A stretch of DNA of 64,000 nucleotides, taken from positions 158,940-222,939 of the IMG/VR virus record IMGVR_UViG_3300037805_000644, one strand, 5' to 3'. Both the position numbers and the translations under genes were made by a program. Under the pieces are notes generated by a model, which worked only from the letters and a program-made list of their open reading frames with translations, made no database searches and was not told where the DNA came from. This document shows positions 1 through 9,456 of the stretch, one piece after another (positions within the stretch are counted from its first letter, which is position 1; each line of letters begins with the position of its first letter).

Positions 1-887
1 GCTCGGGCGAACGCCACGGCCAGATCGTGGGCCGCCTCCTGCTCAATGCAGTCGAAAGCCTGCTTGTCGATCTCGTACAGCCGGTACGTCGTGGCCCAGC
101 CGGCACCCAAGCCCCGGACGTTGATCGTCTCACTCGACCCAAGCACCTTCCGCCCACCGAGGCTCACAAACAGGACGTAGTCGGCATCGCCGATGCCCAC
201 CTCAACCGTAGGGCTCAGATCCCCAGCAAGGAGCTTCTGGGTGTCATAGAACGCCTGGTAGACCTGCTTGATGTTCTTGGCCTGGATGCAGGTGCCCGAG
301 AGCTGGTTGGCGATCCCGGCCAGGAGGTTGAAGTCCGCCCAGTCCCGGTAGGCAACCGTGTTGACGAACACGTTGGGGTGTGCCTTGAGGGTGTCCACCG
401 CTTCCTGGATGGCCCGGTTCTCTCGGCTCGGGGAGCGGTCGTTGGCGTACCCGTCCGAGTGCAGCGAGATGCAGGTGATCTCACTGTCGTCGATCATCGT
501 CTCAGCCTTGGCCAATCCCTGGCTGATGCAGGTGAGACCTCGTGTGCGGAGGTTACGGATCTCCTGAACCTGGGGAGAACCCACGCCCATGACCTGCTCA
601 ATGGGGGCACGCTCGAAGTGGACCTTGACATCCCCCATCGAACTGTACGTGACGAGGCTGACCACCAAGCCGGGGTTGTTGAACTCATCGAGGGTCAGCA
701 CCTTCTCGACGGTCGCCTTGAGGTCCTTGAGGTCGTAGTACATTGACCCCGACACGTCAAAGACGAAAATGTGGTGTGCCGGGGCTGAGACGGGGGTGCT
801 CCCTGCCTCGAACTTCTCGGACTCGACACGATAAAACTTGACCGGCTGGCCATTGAAATTGCGAAGTGCGAAACGGGTCTGGCTCAT
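1..887 (-). CDS. von Willebrand factor A (vWA) domain protein, 3' end outside window
   Basis: Absent from the ORF track because it has no stop in the window. ATG at 887 with SD AGGGG translates as MSQTRFALRNFNG...HHIFVFDVSGSMYYDL (MIDAS DxSxS)...GLTCISQGL...ISLHSDGYAND. Confidence 0.85.
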   Translation of the reverse strand, partial: MSQTRFALRNFNGQPVKFYRVESEKFEAGSTPVSAPAHHIFVFDVSGSMYYDLKDLKATVEKVLTLDEFNNPGLVVSLVTYSSMGDVKVHFERAPIEQVMGVGSPQVQEIRNLRTRGLTCISQGLAKAETMIDDSEITCISLHSDGYANDRSPSRENRAIQEAVDTLKAHPNVFVNTVAYRDWADFNLLAGIANQLSGTCIQAKNIKQVYQAFYDTQKLLAGDLSPTVEVGIGDADYVLFVSLGGRKVLGSSETINVRGLGAGWATTYRLYEIDKQAFDCIEQEAAHDLAVAFAR

Positions 888-1013
888 CTGGTTTTCCCCT
901 CATGGATGCCCTTCTTTTACTCTGCTGAGGGTTGAGGAAACCCCTCAAGGCTCAGAAAAAGGGTAACTCTGAGCCCTTTCCTAGTAGATAAAACGAACAG
1001 CTTCGGAGACGAC

Positions 1014-2189
1014 ATGGGAAACCTCGAAAACCTGACCCTCATGCGGATGCTTGCCCAGGTCACCTCCGACCTTGGAGTCAGTGAGCACACCTATGTTGTG
1101 GGGGGTGCTGTCCGGGACTTTGCCCTGGAGCGCCCCATCAAAGACATCGACGTGGTCACAGACACCGTCAGCGGCGGAATGAGCAGTGAGCAACTGGCCA
1201 AGGCTCTGGCCTCCCTTTCCCCGGGATCCGGTCTGGTCACCAACAACTATGGGGTGGCCATCCTCACCCTGGGCCGTCGTGACTGGGAGGGGGTATCCCT
1301 CAAAGGGATGGTGGTCGAGATCGCCAACGCTCGCAAGGAGAGTTACGGGGGTCATGGGGGGAAAGGATACAAACCCCACATGGTGGAACCTGCCACCATC
1401 CTGGAGGATGTGGTCCGGCGTGAGTTCCGGTTCAACACCCTCCTGCTGCGAATGTCCGATCTCCGTGAGGGCCCCCAGAGGGCAAAGGTTCTTGACCTGA
1501 CCGGAGAGGGCCTGGGGGATCTGGCACGCGGAGAGATGATCTGCCCTGCGAACCCAAACAAGGTGTTCACCGATGATCCGACTCGGATGCTTCGGGCCAT
1601 CAAGTTCGGGATGCGCTTTGGGTTCACCCTTGGTGACCAGGAGTGCCGGGCCATCCGGGCCCATGCACACGCCCTGGCCAAGGTGCCTCAGAACGCAGTC
1701 GCCACGATCCTGATCGAGAACATCTTCAAGGTGGACACGAGCCGGGGTCTGGATTGGCTGTACCAGCTTGGTCTGGTGCCCGTCATCCAGGACATGCTGG
1801 AGGATGAGCCCAACTTCAAGACAACCCTGACCAACTGGGCACGGACCAATGTCGAGGACATGCTCTGCCTGGCCATTTACGGGGGGTTTCAGGTCACGGG
1901 GGGCTTACGACACCTCCTGGGGGGAGATCCCGTCGGCAAGTCCTCGGAGGGGCTGTACCGCCTCGAAAAAGCCCTTGCAATCTTTGAGGGGGATGCTGAG
2001 AAGGCCCTGGCCCTCGTCGAAGCCATCAAGCAGCCGGGGCGGGTGATGGACACCCGAGCCCTTGCCGCCCAGCGGGGGCTCAAGGGGGCGGGGATGCGGA
2101 TTCTGATGGTGGAGGCTCGGGAGCTTCTACTGGAGAACCCGAGCCTGGTGTTCGGCGGCCTCAATGAGGCAATGGGTCTCCAGGGGTAA
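1014..2189 (+). CDS. CCA-adding enzyme / poly(A) polymerase family (class II) nucleotidyltransferase
   Basis: YVVGGAVRD..KDIDVV (motif A), EDVVRREFRFN (RRD-like motif B), FTDDPTRMLRAIKF (motif D). No HD domain. Confidence 0.88.
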   Translation: MGNLENLTLMRMLAQVTSDLGVSEHTYVVGGAVRDFALERPIKDIDVVTDTVSGGMSSEQLAKALASLSPGSGLVTNNYGVAILTLGRRDWEGVSLKGMVVEIANARKESYGGHGGKGYKPHMVEPATILEDVVRREFRFNTLLLRMSDLREGPQRAKVLDLTGEGLGDLARGEMICPANPNKVFTDDPTRMLRAIKFGMRFGFTLGDQECRAIRAHAHALAKVPQNAVATILIENIFKVDTSRGLDWLYQLGLVPVIQDMLEDEPNFKTTLTNWARTNVEDMLCLAIYGGFQVTGGLRHLLGGDPVGKSSEGLYRLEKALAIFEGDAEKALALVEAIKQPGRVMDTRALAAQRGLKGAGMRILMVEARELLLENPSLVFGGLNEAMGLQG

Positions 2190-2334
2190 CCTCCCGGGGT
2201 TGGTCTGCACGTAAGGTGGTGATCTCGGCTTCCAGCCGAGCCGTCCTGATGCGGAGCCCTGAGATGGTCCCGTACTGTGCCTGGATCTTCTCCAATTGAG
2301 CGATCCGGCCCTTCATTTCTTTTTCAGTCATCAT
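2161..2334 (-). CDS. small hypothetical coiled-coil protein
   Basis: MMTEKEMKGRIAQLEK... start overlaps the end of the upstream gene. The track start at 2466 looks over-extended. Confidence 0.45.
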   Translation of the reverse strand: MMTEKEMKGRIAQLEKIQAQYGTISGLRIRTARLEAEITTLRADQPREVTPGDPLPH

Positions 2335-2563
2335 CACCAGCACTCCCCGGAAGGTCTCCACTGAAAGCAGTGCAGTGGGGGTTCTCGCCCTTGCTGCCCT
2401 GCACCCACTCCCGGGGGTACTCGGGCTCGTGGATCTCATGAAGCATGGCACGCAGCATGATGCCACACCCCTCCTCCGGGTCGTCCTTGGCGCAACGGTC
2501 GCACCATCTCCCCTCGAAAATCATCCCCTCAGATCCATTGCTCGGTCGGTATGGCTTGGTCAT
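2324..2563 (-). CDS. small Cys-rich phage protein
   Basis: YRPSNGSEGMIFEGRWCDRC...CGI...HCTAF; ATGA overlap with the deaminase stop. Confidence 0.7.
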   Translation of the reverse strand: MTKPYRPSNGSEGMIFEGRWCDRCAKDDPEEGCGIMLRAMLHEIHEPEYPREWVQGSKGENPHCTAFSGDLPGSAGDDD

Positions 2564-3252
2564 GCTTTAATCCTTGGATCCTTGGGGCCGTCCACACGCA
2601 GGACCTCCACCCCGTTTTTCTCTAGGTACTCGATGCCGTTCTCTCCGGCATAGCCACCCTCGATGATGTAAACTCGCTGGATGCCCGAGTGGTGGATGAG
2701 CTTACTGCACATCCGGCAGGGCTCCCCAGTGCAGATGAGCCACGCCCCTTCGGTGGCCACCCCACCAGCCGCTGCGTTGCAGACCACGTTCATCTCAGCA
2801 TGGTGGCAGCCCACCTCCATACAGGTCCCCGACTTGACCCCGGGATATTTCACCAAAAGGGCAGCGGCATACTGATGGGCCTCAGCCTTTCCATCCGGCC
2901 GGGGGACTTCCTTACCCCCTGAGTGCAAGGTCGGGTAAACTTTTGGGAACGTCTTCTCGACCTCCCCCTTGACCCGGACCAGGTAACTGTCCTCCCGGCG
3001 AACAGGGATGCGGAGGGGAGGCAAACCCTCGGTGATCTCGATGTCCTCTCGCTTGAGCCCGTCCCGCTCACAGAAAGATCCGCCGCAAAGGGTGCCCTCT
3101 GCTCCCCGGGGGCCTCCGTTGTACCCGTCCATCAGGACGACGTTCCGCTTGGGGTCCAGGAGCATGGCCCCGAACTTGCGGCGGGGGCAGTTGCTGGCAT
3201 TCGAGAGGGACAGGCACTGTTCGATGCGGATGGCAAGGTGCTTAGGCTTCAC
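2560..3252 (-). CDS. dCMP deaminase (ComEB/CDA family) with internal insertion
   Basis: CPRRKFGA, GYNG, HAE(MN) and PCRMC zinc-deaminase motifs. Confidence 0.9.
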   Translation of the reverse strand: MKPKHLAIRIEQCLSLSNASNCPRRKFGAMLLDPKRNVVLMDGYNGGPRGAEGTLCGGSFCERDGLKREDIEITEGLPPLRIPVRREDSYLVRVKGEVEKTFPKVYPTLHSGGKEVPRPDGKAEAHQYAAALLVKYPGVKSGTCMEVGCHHAEMNVVCNAAAGGVATEGAWLICTGEPCRMCSKLIHHSGIQRVYIIEGGYAGENGIEYLEKNGVEVLRVDGPKDPRIKA

Positions 3253-3608
3253 GAGAATAGCTCCTCAAGGGGGTTGGGCTCAGGGGGAGGGGCAGGGTTC
3301 AGCTCACCCGCCAAACGCTCCAGGATGGAGGCGTGGCAGGGTTTAGGGGCACAGAAGCACACCAGGTTCTTGCCGTGCAGCTCAGAAACCTTCTGGCGGT
3401 ACTCGGGGTCCTCCTCTAGCCTTTGCCGGGCCCAAACCTCAAAGCAGGCAAGGGTAGTCCCCTTGCCCAAGTGGACTTCACCGCAGATCTGGCAGGTCTG
3501 GCTCCGCCGCACGGGGTTCCCGAAGTATCCGTCCACACCCCGCCCTGGGCGTCCGACATACACGTCATCGGGCCGGAGCCCCCTGCGGTGTAGGTTGAAC
3601 ACAGGCAT
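3249..3608 (-). CDS. DUF4326-like protein
   Basis: VYVGRPG..YFGNP...LHGKNLVCFCAPKPCHASIL. Start MPVF at 3608 via a TGATG overlap. Confidence 0.8.
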   Translation of the reverse strand: MPVFNLHRRGLRPDDVYVGRPGRGVDGYFGNPVRRSQTCQICGEVHLGKGTTLACFEVWARQRLEEDPEYRQKVSELHGKNLVCFCAPKPCHASILERLAGELNPAPPPEPNPLEELFS

Positions 3609-4330
3609 CAGTGCTCCTTGCGCACAAGGCCGGTGCAGGAGACCCTTTCGGACTCCGCCCACTCACGACAGGTTCGGGTGCGCTGCACATAATGGGGGGA
3701 TCCCGGTCCAGGAGCGGATAGCTCACTCAGAGCCACACAGGTCAGTGTCAGCTTGTCCTCAGGGGTAACCTCACTCCGATCATGGAGGAGCCCCACATTG
3801 CAGTAATAACCGGGCCGGGAGTCACAGTGCAGAAGGGGCACGAGATCTCCACCGTGGTGGATGAACCGGTCCACCGTTTCGCCCCGAAGCAATGCCGCCC
3901 TGTTGGGTTCTAGCCACCTTGAGGAGAGGCCCCCCAAGATGTTTTTCAGCTCGGCCTCACAAACACGGGGGCCTTCAAGGCCCTCAAACAGGGTCCCGCA
4001 ATCCCCACACACATACCGATCCACTTGTGCCTCCCCCTTGAAGGGGAAGCCCTCAAGGGAGGGCTGGGTCAGGAGGGCATCGCACTTCTTGTTGATGTGG
4101 TCGAAAACCTCGGCGAGATCGATATCGTGAGCACGGAGCATGGAGAGCAGGACGAAGAGAACGTCCCCCGCTTCGGATGCGGGGGACTCATCCCCCTTGC
4201 CCCGCAAAGCCTCGATGAACTCCGAGACCTCAAGGTGCAGGTAACAGCCGCCATTGTTCCAGGTCCGCTCCCACTCATGGAGGCGGCAGACCGCAATGGA
4301 CTTGTCAGCGAGATCGTTGATGTTGGGCAT
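3608..4330 (-). CDS. MazG-like NTP pyrophosphohydrolase fused to a Cys-containing C-terminal domain
   Basis: LHLEVSEFIEAL...SEAGDVLF (ExxE...ExxD), followed by a YVCGDCG-containing region. Confidence 0.75.
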   Translation of the reverse strand: MPNINDLADKSIAVCRLHEWERTWNNGGCYLHLEVSEFIEALRGKGDESPASEAGDVLFVLLSMLRAHDIDLAEVFDHINKKCDALLTQPSLEGFPFKGEAQVDRYVCGDCGTLFEGLEGPRVCEAELKNILGGLSSRWLEPNRAALLRGETVDRFIHHGGDLVPLLHCDSRPGYYCNVGLLHDRSEVTPEDKLTLTCVALSELSAPGPGSPHYVQRTRTCREWAESERVSCTGLVRKEH

Positions 4331-4380
4331 GAAGCTCCCCCTTTGAGGGGATTACCCGGGCCGCTGAGACAGCGACCCCC

Positions 4381-4704
4381 TCAAGCCCTAGGGAAGCCCA
4401 AGGCTTCCCGCATCGAGATAACCTCCCGACCCACCAGCTCGGACATTGAGAGAACCCGGGTCGATTTGGAGGCCCCCTTGCTCAGGAGGGCGTGAACTAC
4501 CCCCGTGTTGATCTCCTCAACCTCGGTTCGGCTCAGGCGAGGGGTCCCGTCGGGGGTGGGCCAGGGCATCACCTCACGGAGGGTAGCATACAGGTCCCGG
4601 GACCGGTGGGCGGCTTCCTGGCGGGAAGCGACTTTGGCCCGGTAGCCTGCAACAGTGCCGACCAGGTAACTGTTCACCTGGGGGGTGGGTGTGGAGTTCT
4701 GCAT
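4381..4704 (-). CDS. hypothetical protein
   Basis: Start MQNSTP at 4704 with SD GAGGAG; late motif upstream. Confidence 0.6.
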   Translation of the reverse strand: MQNSTPTPQVNSYLVGTVAGYRAKVASRQEAAHRSRDLYATLREVMPWPTPDGTPRLSRTEVEEINTGVVHALLSKGASKSTRVLSMSELVGREVISMREALGFPRA

Positions 4705-4740
4705 TGGGGTCTCTCCTCTAGGGTCTACCCGAGGAAAGAT

Positions 4741-4754
4741 ATAGGCCGAATACC
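4741..4754 (-). promoter_or_regulatory. putative late promoter motif
   Basis: Minus strand GGT-attcg-GCCTAT, about 37 nt upstream of the 4704 start. Confidence 0.6.
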
Positions 4755-4783
4755 GGGGGGAGTTTCGATTGCCACCACCCTCC

Positions 4784-5680
4784 TTACAGGAACCCTCGGG
4801 GGGAGAGCACACCCCGGCCTACATGAGGGCCGAAAGCGGATCGAATGCCCATACCAAACTTAGGCTGCTGGAGACCCCGGATGAACTTGGTGGTCCGCAC
4901 CTTGGCTTCGGCCGCTTTGTCGAGCTGACCCTCAGCGTTCTGTTTCAGGCTCTCATACTTGCTCGATTTCTCGATGGAGAGGCTAACCCCTCCGATGGAG
5001 TAATCAAATTCGTCAGCCACCCAGTTGGCTGCCACCGCAAACATGGCGTGGACGATGGCCCCCCACAGAACTGCTGTCCTCCACGAGGGCTTCTGGTTTA
5101 CCAGGCGATCAATGGAGCAGAGGCTTTCTGTGCTTGGCGGAAGGCTGTTCCAGTAATCCAGAGCCGTCTCCAGATAGCACAACAACTCTGCATCCTCCCA
5201 GATCTGCCCAAACACCCTGTCGTAATTACCCACCCGCCCGGAGTGCTCCGGGGGTCGGAAATGGTAAAACTTGTCGGGGTTCTGATCTCGGAGGAGCACC
5301 CGCAACTTGCTGATCATCGCCCGTTCCGCCGAGCTGTACTGGATCTGAGTTGCCTCCTCATCCGCAGCCACCGTGAACTCCTGGGTGACCGTCTGCTGAG
5401 GGCTGTTGGCATACTGACGGAAAGTCCAACGGATGCGGTAGGTGCCACCTGTTGCCGCCGGCGGCACCATGAGGGCGGCCCAATACTCACCCATGCTTGG
5501 GTTCACCGGCATTCGGTTGGGGTCCCCGATCAGAACCTCCATCTCCGGCGGTCCGGCATCCACAAAATAGATGGCGTAAGTGATCTCGTAAGCGTTGACG
5601 GGACTCTCATTCGAGTCCACAAGGAACATGTTGAGATCCTTGCGGGCTGTGGTGTACCCGGGGAAAAACTGGGTGGCCAT
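4784..5680 (-). CDS. putative neck / head-tail adaptor protein
   Basis: Ig-like N-terminus, LRVLLRD...WEDAELLCYL helical region and DYSIGGVSLSIEKS beta-hairpin, as seen in neck/adaptor proteins. Inference. Confidence 0.6.
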   Translation of the reverse strand: MATQFFPGYTTARKDLNMFLVDSNESPVNAYEITYAIYFVDAGPPEMEVLIGDPNRMPVNPSMGEYWAALMVPPAATGGTYRIRWTFRQYANSPQQTVTQEFTVAADEEATQIQYSSAERAMISKLRVLLRDQNPDKFYHFRPPEHSGRVGNYDRVFGQIWEDAELLCYLETALDYWNSLPPSTESLCSIDRLVNQKPSWRTAVLWGAIVHAMFAVAANWVADEFDYSIGGVSLSIEKSSKYESLKQNAEGQLDKAAEAKVRTTKFIRGLQQPKFGMGIRSAFGPHVGRGVLSPRGFL

Positions 5681-5683
5681 CGG

Positions 5684-5899
5684 TCAGACTCCTACGGTGG
5701 TGCAGCGGTCGATAAGGGAAGGGACAAACCCTCGGGCAACCCGGATACGGGCCTGGACTTGTGCCTGGGCACCGGCCACCTCCACAAAATCAAGCAAGAA
5801 ATCTGGGCCGTCAGGGAGCACACGGAAAGCGTTGGCCTCGACTGTCTGAACAGCCACACCCTCAACCACCTCCACCTCTACATCAACTCGTCCCGGCAT
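5684..5899 (-). CDS. DUF3467-like small protein (paralog of 14889..15173)
   Basis: ANAFRVL..DFLLDF...ARIRV. Confidence 0.55.
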   Translation of the reverse strand: MPGRVDVEVEVVEGVAVQTVEANAFRVLPDGPDFLLDFVEVAGAQAQVQARIRVARGFVPSLIDRCTTVGV

Positions 5900-5907
5900 A
5901 GCCTGCC

Positions 5908-6174
5908 TTACATGTGGGTCATGGCCTTGAGCATCTGGATTTCCTGGGAGTACGCCAGGGGGGAGATCTTGACCTGCTCCCGACGGAACCAGACGTTTTT
6001 CAACTCTTTGACAGTTTCGGTGTACTCAAACAGGAATTCCTTGCGGTGCCTTTCACCCTCTTTGGGGACGCAATCCACAAAGGGCACATCCGCTACCTTG
6101 AGGAAAGCGGCAAAGTACAAGTCCGTTGTTCGGTAGCACTTGCTGTGATCAATCTCAGGCATTGTTCTCTCCAT
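5908..6174 (-). CDS. DUF5659-like small protein
   Basis: YRTTDLYFAAFLK...EFLF...V.ISPLAY. Confidence 0.6.
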   Translation of the reverse strand: MERTMPEIDHSKCYRTTDLYFAAFLKVADVPFVDCVPKEGERHRKEFLFEYTETVKELKNVWFRREQVKISPLAYSQEIQMLKAMTHM

Positions 6175-6214
6175 CTGCTCCAGCCCTTGAGGGCGGTCTA
6201 CTACAGGCGAGCCT

Positions 6215-6228
6215 ATAGCCAGTCCACC
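6215..6228 (-). promoter_or_regulatory. putative late promoter motif (variant)
   Basis: Minus strand GGT-ggact-GGCTAT, directly after the terminator and about 41 nt upstream of 6174. Confidence 0.45.
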
Positions 6229-6237
6229 ATACCAACG

Positions 6238-6276
6238 AAAAAGCCCTACCGGCCGAGAGGGGCTGATAGGGCTTTT
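6238..6276 (-). terminator. intrinsic terminator (probably bidirectional)
   Basis: AAAAGCCCTA...TAGGGCTTTT stem flanked by A/T tracts, downstream of the three paralogous structural genes. Confidence 0.8.
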
Positions 6277-6297
6277 CAGAGGGTTGAGGGCTGGGGG

Positions 6298-7257
6298 TCA
6301 GTCGATGCGGATGCCCGCCTGGTCAAAGACCGTGCAGAGGGGGGCGATCCCGTTTGCCGGGATGACCACGTTGTCAAACGGGTTCTGAGCAAAGGGCCGG
6401 GCGGCGGTCGGCGTCATGCCCACACGAGAGAAGTTCGGGTTGAGCACCGCAACGCCTGTGGGGGCTGCGAACGCCGCCAGGACGCCTGCCTTGGCAGAGA
6501 GCCTAAGCGCCCCATTCGGCACCAGGCCAGGAACGGCACGGAAACCGACCTCAGCGGTGGCCAGGAAGCCACCCTGAGCATACACAGGGAACGCCAATTG
6601 GTTGCCCGTGACTCGGGTGTTGCGGTCCGTCAGACTCAGGAACGCGCCTGCCTGGTCTGCGACACAGGTGTTCTCTCGGGTTCGGTAAACCTCACCAGAG
6701 AGAATGCGGATGATGTCCTCGACCGAGCCGAACGAGTCGGAGGTCGCCCCCGCACCATCAAGGTCAGTCCCTGCACCCGCATGGGCAACCAAGAACCCGT
6801 TGATGTCGGCGAGGGCAAGGTTGTTGCTGCCGCCGGGGATGAGGTTTTGGGGATCAGCTCGGGCCGCGATGGAGTTGAACATCAGGTTCAGCTCCGCCTG
6901 GTTGAGGGTGTCATCATTGACGCCGGGGTTAACGTGTACCCGCTCTCGCAGGTACGCCTTGAGCCCGAAATCGGTGGCCTGGGTCAGCAGGGTCTCGTTG
7001 CCGCCGGGGGCGATAACGTCCGCCGCTGCGGTTGCAGCGATGGTGATCCTGTTGGGTGAGCCGCTGACCAGACCCTCAGCAGCATTCACCACCTGGTCAT
7101 CGGCCTGAGCATTGAACGAGTGGTGGAGGTAATGGGACTGACCCACACCGTCCAGGACACTGCTCTTCTGCGACCCGTTGGGCTTGAGGTCATAGACGTA
7201 CAAGCCCATCCCCGCCAAGTCGTCACGCAGAGGAACCATGTAAGCTCGATTGGCCAT
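6298..7257 (-). CDS. putative virion structural protein, paralog 1 of 3
   Basis: Shares R.D(L/I)..(L/Y)DL.PN.S...GQ..Y, GL.AYL, GSVE..RIL.GE and C-terminal TV(F/Y)...G motifs with its neighbours. Rich in Ala/Gly/Asn/Thr. Confidence 0.7.
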   Translation of the reverse strand: MANRAYMVPLRDDLAGMGLYVYDLKPNGSQKSSVLDGVGQSHYLHHSFNAQADDQVVNAAEGLVSGSPNRITIAATAAADVIAPGGNETLLTQATDFGLKAYLRERVHVNPGVNDDTLNQAELNLMFNSIAARADPQNLIPGGSNNLALADINGFLVAHAGAGTDLDGAGATSDSFGSVEDIIRILSGEVYRTRENTCVADQAGAFLSLTDRNTRVTGNQLAFPVYAQGGFLATAEVGFRAVPGLVPNGALRLSAKAGVLAAFAAPTGVAVLNPNFSRVGMTPTAARPFAQNPFDNVVIPANGIAPLCTVFDQAGIRID

Positions 7258-7269
7258 TGACCTCTCCTA

Positions 7270-8169
7270 TCAGGCGATGACGGTGCCGTCGGCGGCGTAA
7301 ACCGTCACGGCTCGATGAGCACCCGTTGCCGGGATGGCCACGCCGTCCAGGTCCGTCGCGGTACCGCCCGCACCATAGGTGAAGGCGGGGTTGAGGAACG
7401 TGAACGCGGGGGCGACCAGCTCGGACAGAACCCCGCTCAGGGCACTGAGCTGGAGGGCTCCCGTGTTCACGATGGGCAGCACCTGGTTGTGGTTGCCGTC
7501 CTGCGTTCCGGTGTTGACCACCGCAGTGGTGGGGACAACCCGGCCCGAGAAGGGGTTACGGCCACGGATGCCTGCGCCGTTGAGGGCACGAACCGATTCG
7601 GGCTGCTCGATGTTGGCGGCAGTGGTGAAGAAACCACGGACGGCGGCATCGAAAGTGCCACCGACAACCTGCACCTGGGAGTTGTCCGGGAGCTTCCAAC
7701 GCTCGCCTGCGAGGATGCGGAGGACTTCCTCCACACTCCCGGTCGAGGCGCCGAGGATGCCATCGAGGTCCGAACCACCTACACCAGCGGGGGTGTTGAT
7801 GTGGATGTTGATGGCCGCCAAGGTGAGGGCGACACCATTCGAGGCATCCTGCTCAATGAGAGCCGAAATCTGACCAGCTTCCACAGCCGTCAACGCCTGT
7901 GTGCCCAGGGTGTCCTCAACATTGTCGATGAGGTAAGCGGACAGCCCGTAGGTGTCGCCGTCCGAATCGAGAGAGGCACCGCCAGCCAGGCCCGCCTGCG
8001 TCGCGACGGCGGCATTCACCGCGTCGAGCAAGAAATGGGTCTGGTAGTGGGTCTGGCCAGCGCCGGCATAGACCGAGTTGCGCTGGGACTTGTTGGGGCT
8101 GAGATCGAGGACCTGGAGGAGGTTGTCGTCCAGGTCGTTGCGAGCCAGCACGATGTATGCACGAGCCAT
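7270..8169 (-). CDS. putative virion structural protein, paralog 2 of 3
   Basis: LARNDLDDNLLQVLDLSPNKS, GLSAYLID, TGSVEEVLRILAGE, VTVYAADG. Confidence 0.7.
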   Translation of the reverse strand: MARAYIVLARNDLDDNLLQVLDLSPNKSQRNSVYAGAGQTHYQTHFLLDAVNAAVATQAGLAGGASLDSDGDTYGLSAYLIDNVEDTLGTQALTAVEAGQISALIEQDASNGVALTLAAINIHINTPAGVGGSDLDGILGASTGSVEEVLRILAGERWKLPDNSQVQVVGGTFDAAVRGFFTTAANIEQPESVRALNGAGIRGRNPFSGRVVPTTAVVNTGTQDGNHNQVLPIVNTGALQLSALSGVLSELVAPAFTFLNPAFTYGAGGTATDLDGVAIPATGAHRAVTVYAADGTVIA

Positions 8170-8181
8170 GATGATTCTCCT

Positions 8182-9456
8182 TTAAGCCAGCGTGCCGTCG
8201 TCGTTGTAGACGGTCACGATCCGAGCCGGGGTAACGGCGGCGTTGTTGGGGCCGGGCTGGTAGTGGGTTGCCTGGAAGGGCACCAGGTCACTGTCTGGGA
8301 AAAGGGTGACGGAACCGTCCTGCATCTTGCTCAGGTAGCCGCCCAGGAGAGATTGCTGGAAGCTGCCGTCATCGACGGTGTCCCGAATCCCCTTGTGCTC
8401 AGTCTGCTCGATGTCGCCACCGTTCGTGACGGCGAGACCCTTGTGGCGGATCCAGGGGTTCACGGGACCGATCACACCGCCGACCATCTGGGTGTCAAAC
8501 ACCGTGTTGGCCCGGGTGAAAGAACCGAGCTGGGTCGAGTCCCAGACGGTGAGCGGGAGGGCCGCAGCCACCAGCTTCACGCTCCCGGAGGGAAGCTGGT
8601 AACCTCGACCGGCCATCAGCTCCAGGATGTCCAGGGCTACCCCAGTGGAGGCTGATCCACCAGCGGAGGTCAGCTCGGTCCCCGCAGCGGCTGCTGCAAG
8701 CACCGTGTTGATGTTGCCGAGGGCGAGCACCTGTCCCGCATCCACCCGAGCAAGCAAGGCTGCTGCTGCCGCTGCCACGGTGGCTGCCGTCCAGCTCTGC
8801 ACTGCCCGAGTCATCGTGGCGCCGCCAAGGGTGATTTCAACTGCACCCGAGTCCTCAGCCACAGTCGTCTGGAGGTAGTTGGTACCCGGACGCACATCGG
8901 CGACGATGGTCACCGTGTCCACGGTGCCGGCGGTGTTGTCTGCGGAGATGGTCTCCCCAGAGGCCACCCCTCCGATGCTCGTTTCCAAGAGAGCCTGAGA
9001 GGCCGCATCATTGATGGCGCCCACCAGGCTGGTGGCCGTGTTGATGGCCGAGCCCGAGTTGGCTACGTCGTTGAACTCTTGGTTCGCTGCGACGGCACCA
9101 CCGGCTACTGCCGTGAAATCCACCTGGATGCCGGAGGGGCCATCGATGGTGATGATGGTCCCTGCGGCGAGGCCGGCGAGAATCTGGATGGTCTGTGACT
9201 CCGCAGTCAGCCCACCTGCCTCAACTCGGTCCGCCAGGTAGGCAGCCAGCCCCCGAGCGGCGCTTGCGGGCTCATCGGTGCGAGTCACCTGACCCGTGGC
9301 CGCATCGAACGACAGGGCGTCGATCTGGGCACGGTTGAGGTAACGGGTTTGGCCTGGCGGGTCCAGATCGCTCCGAAGACTCGTGTTGGGCACGAGGTCG
9401 AGAACCTGGAGCACGCCGTCGGGAATGTCGGTCCGTGCAAGGCAGATGTACGGCAT
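8182..9456 (-). CDS. putative virion structural protein, paralog 3 of 3, with inserted domain
   Basis: LARTDIPDGVLQVLDLVPNTS, GLAAYLAD, TGVALDILELMAG, VTVYNDDG. Confidence 0.7.
   Translation of the reverse strand: MPYICLARTDIPDGVLQVLDLVPNTSLRSDLDPPGQTRYLNRAQIDALSFDAATGQVTRTDEPASAARGLAAYLADRVEAGGLTAESQTIQILAGLAAGTIITIDGPSGIQVDFTAVAGGAVAANQEFNDVANSGSAINTATSLVGAINDAASQALLETSIGGVASGETISADNTAGTVDTVTIVADVRPGTNYLQTTVAEDSGAVEITLGGATMTRAVQSWTAATVAAAAAALLARVDAGQVLALGNINTVLAAAAAGTELTSAGGSASTGVALDILELMAGRGYQLPSGSVKLVAAALPLTVWDSTQLGSFTRANTVFDTQMVGGVIGPVNPWIRHKGLAVTNGGDIEQTEHKGIRDTVDDGSFQQSLLGGYLSKMQDGSVTLFPDSDLVPFQATHYQPGPNNAAVTPARIVTVYNDDGTLA

Noticed and set aside
27-746. Plus-strand 239-aa ORF and many other long plus-strand ORFs (e.g. 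4769..6136, 7315..8655, 22360..23961, 39577..40815)
   Set aside because: These are antisense shadows of real minus-strand genes, expected from GC-rich codon usage. The opposite strand carries the recognisable motifs and SD sites.
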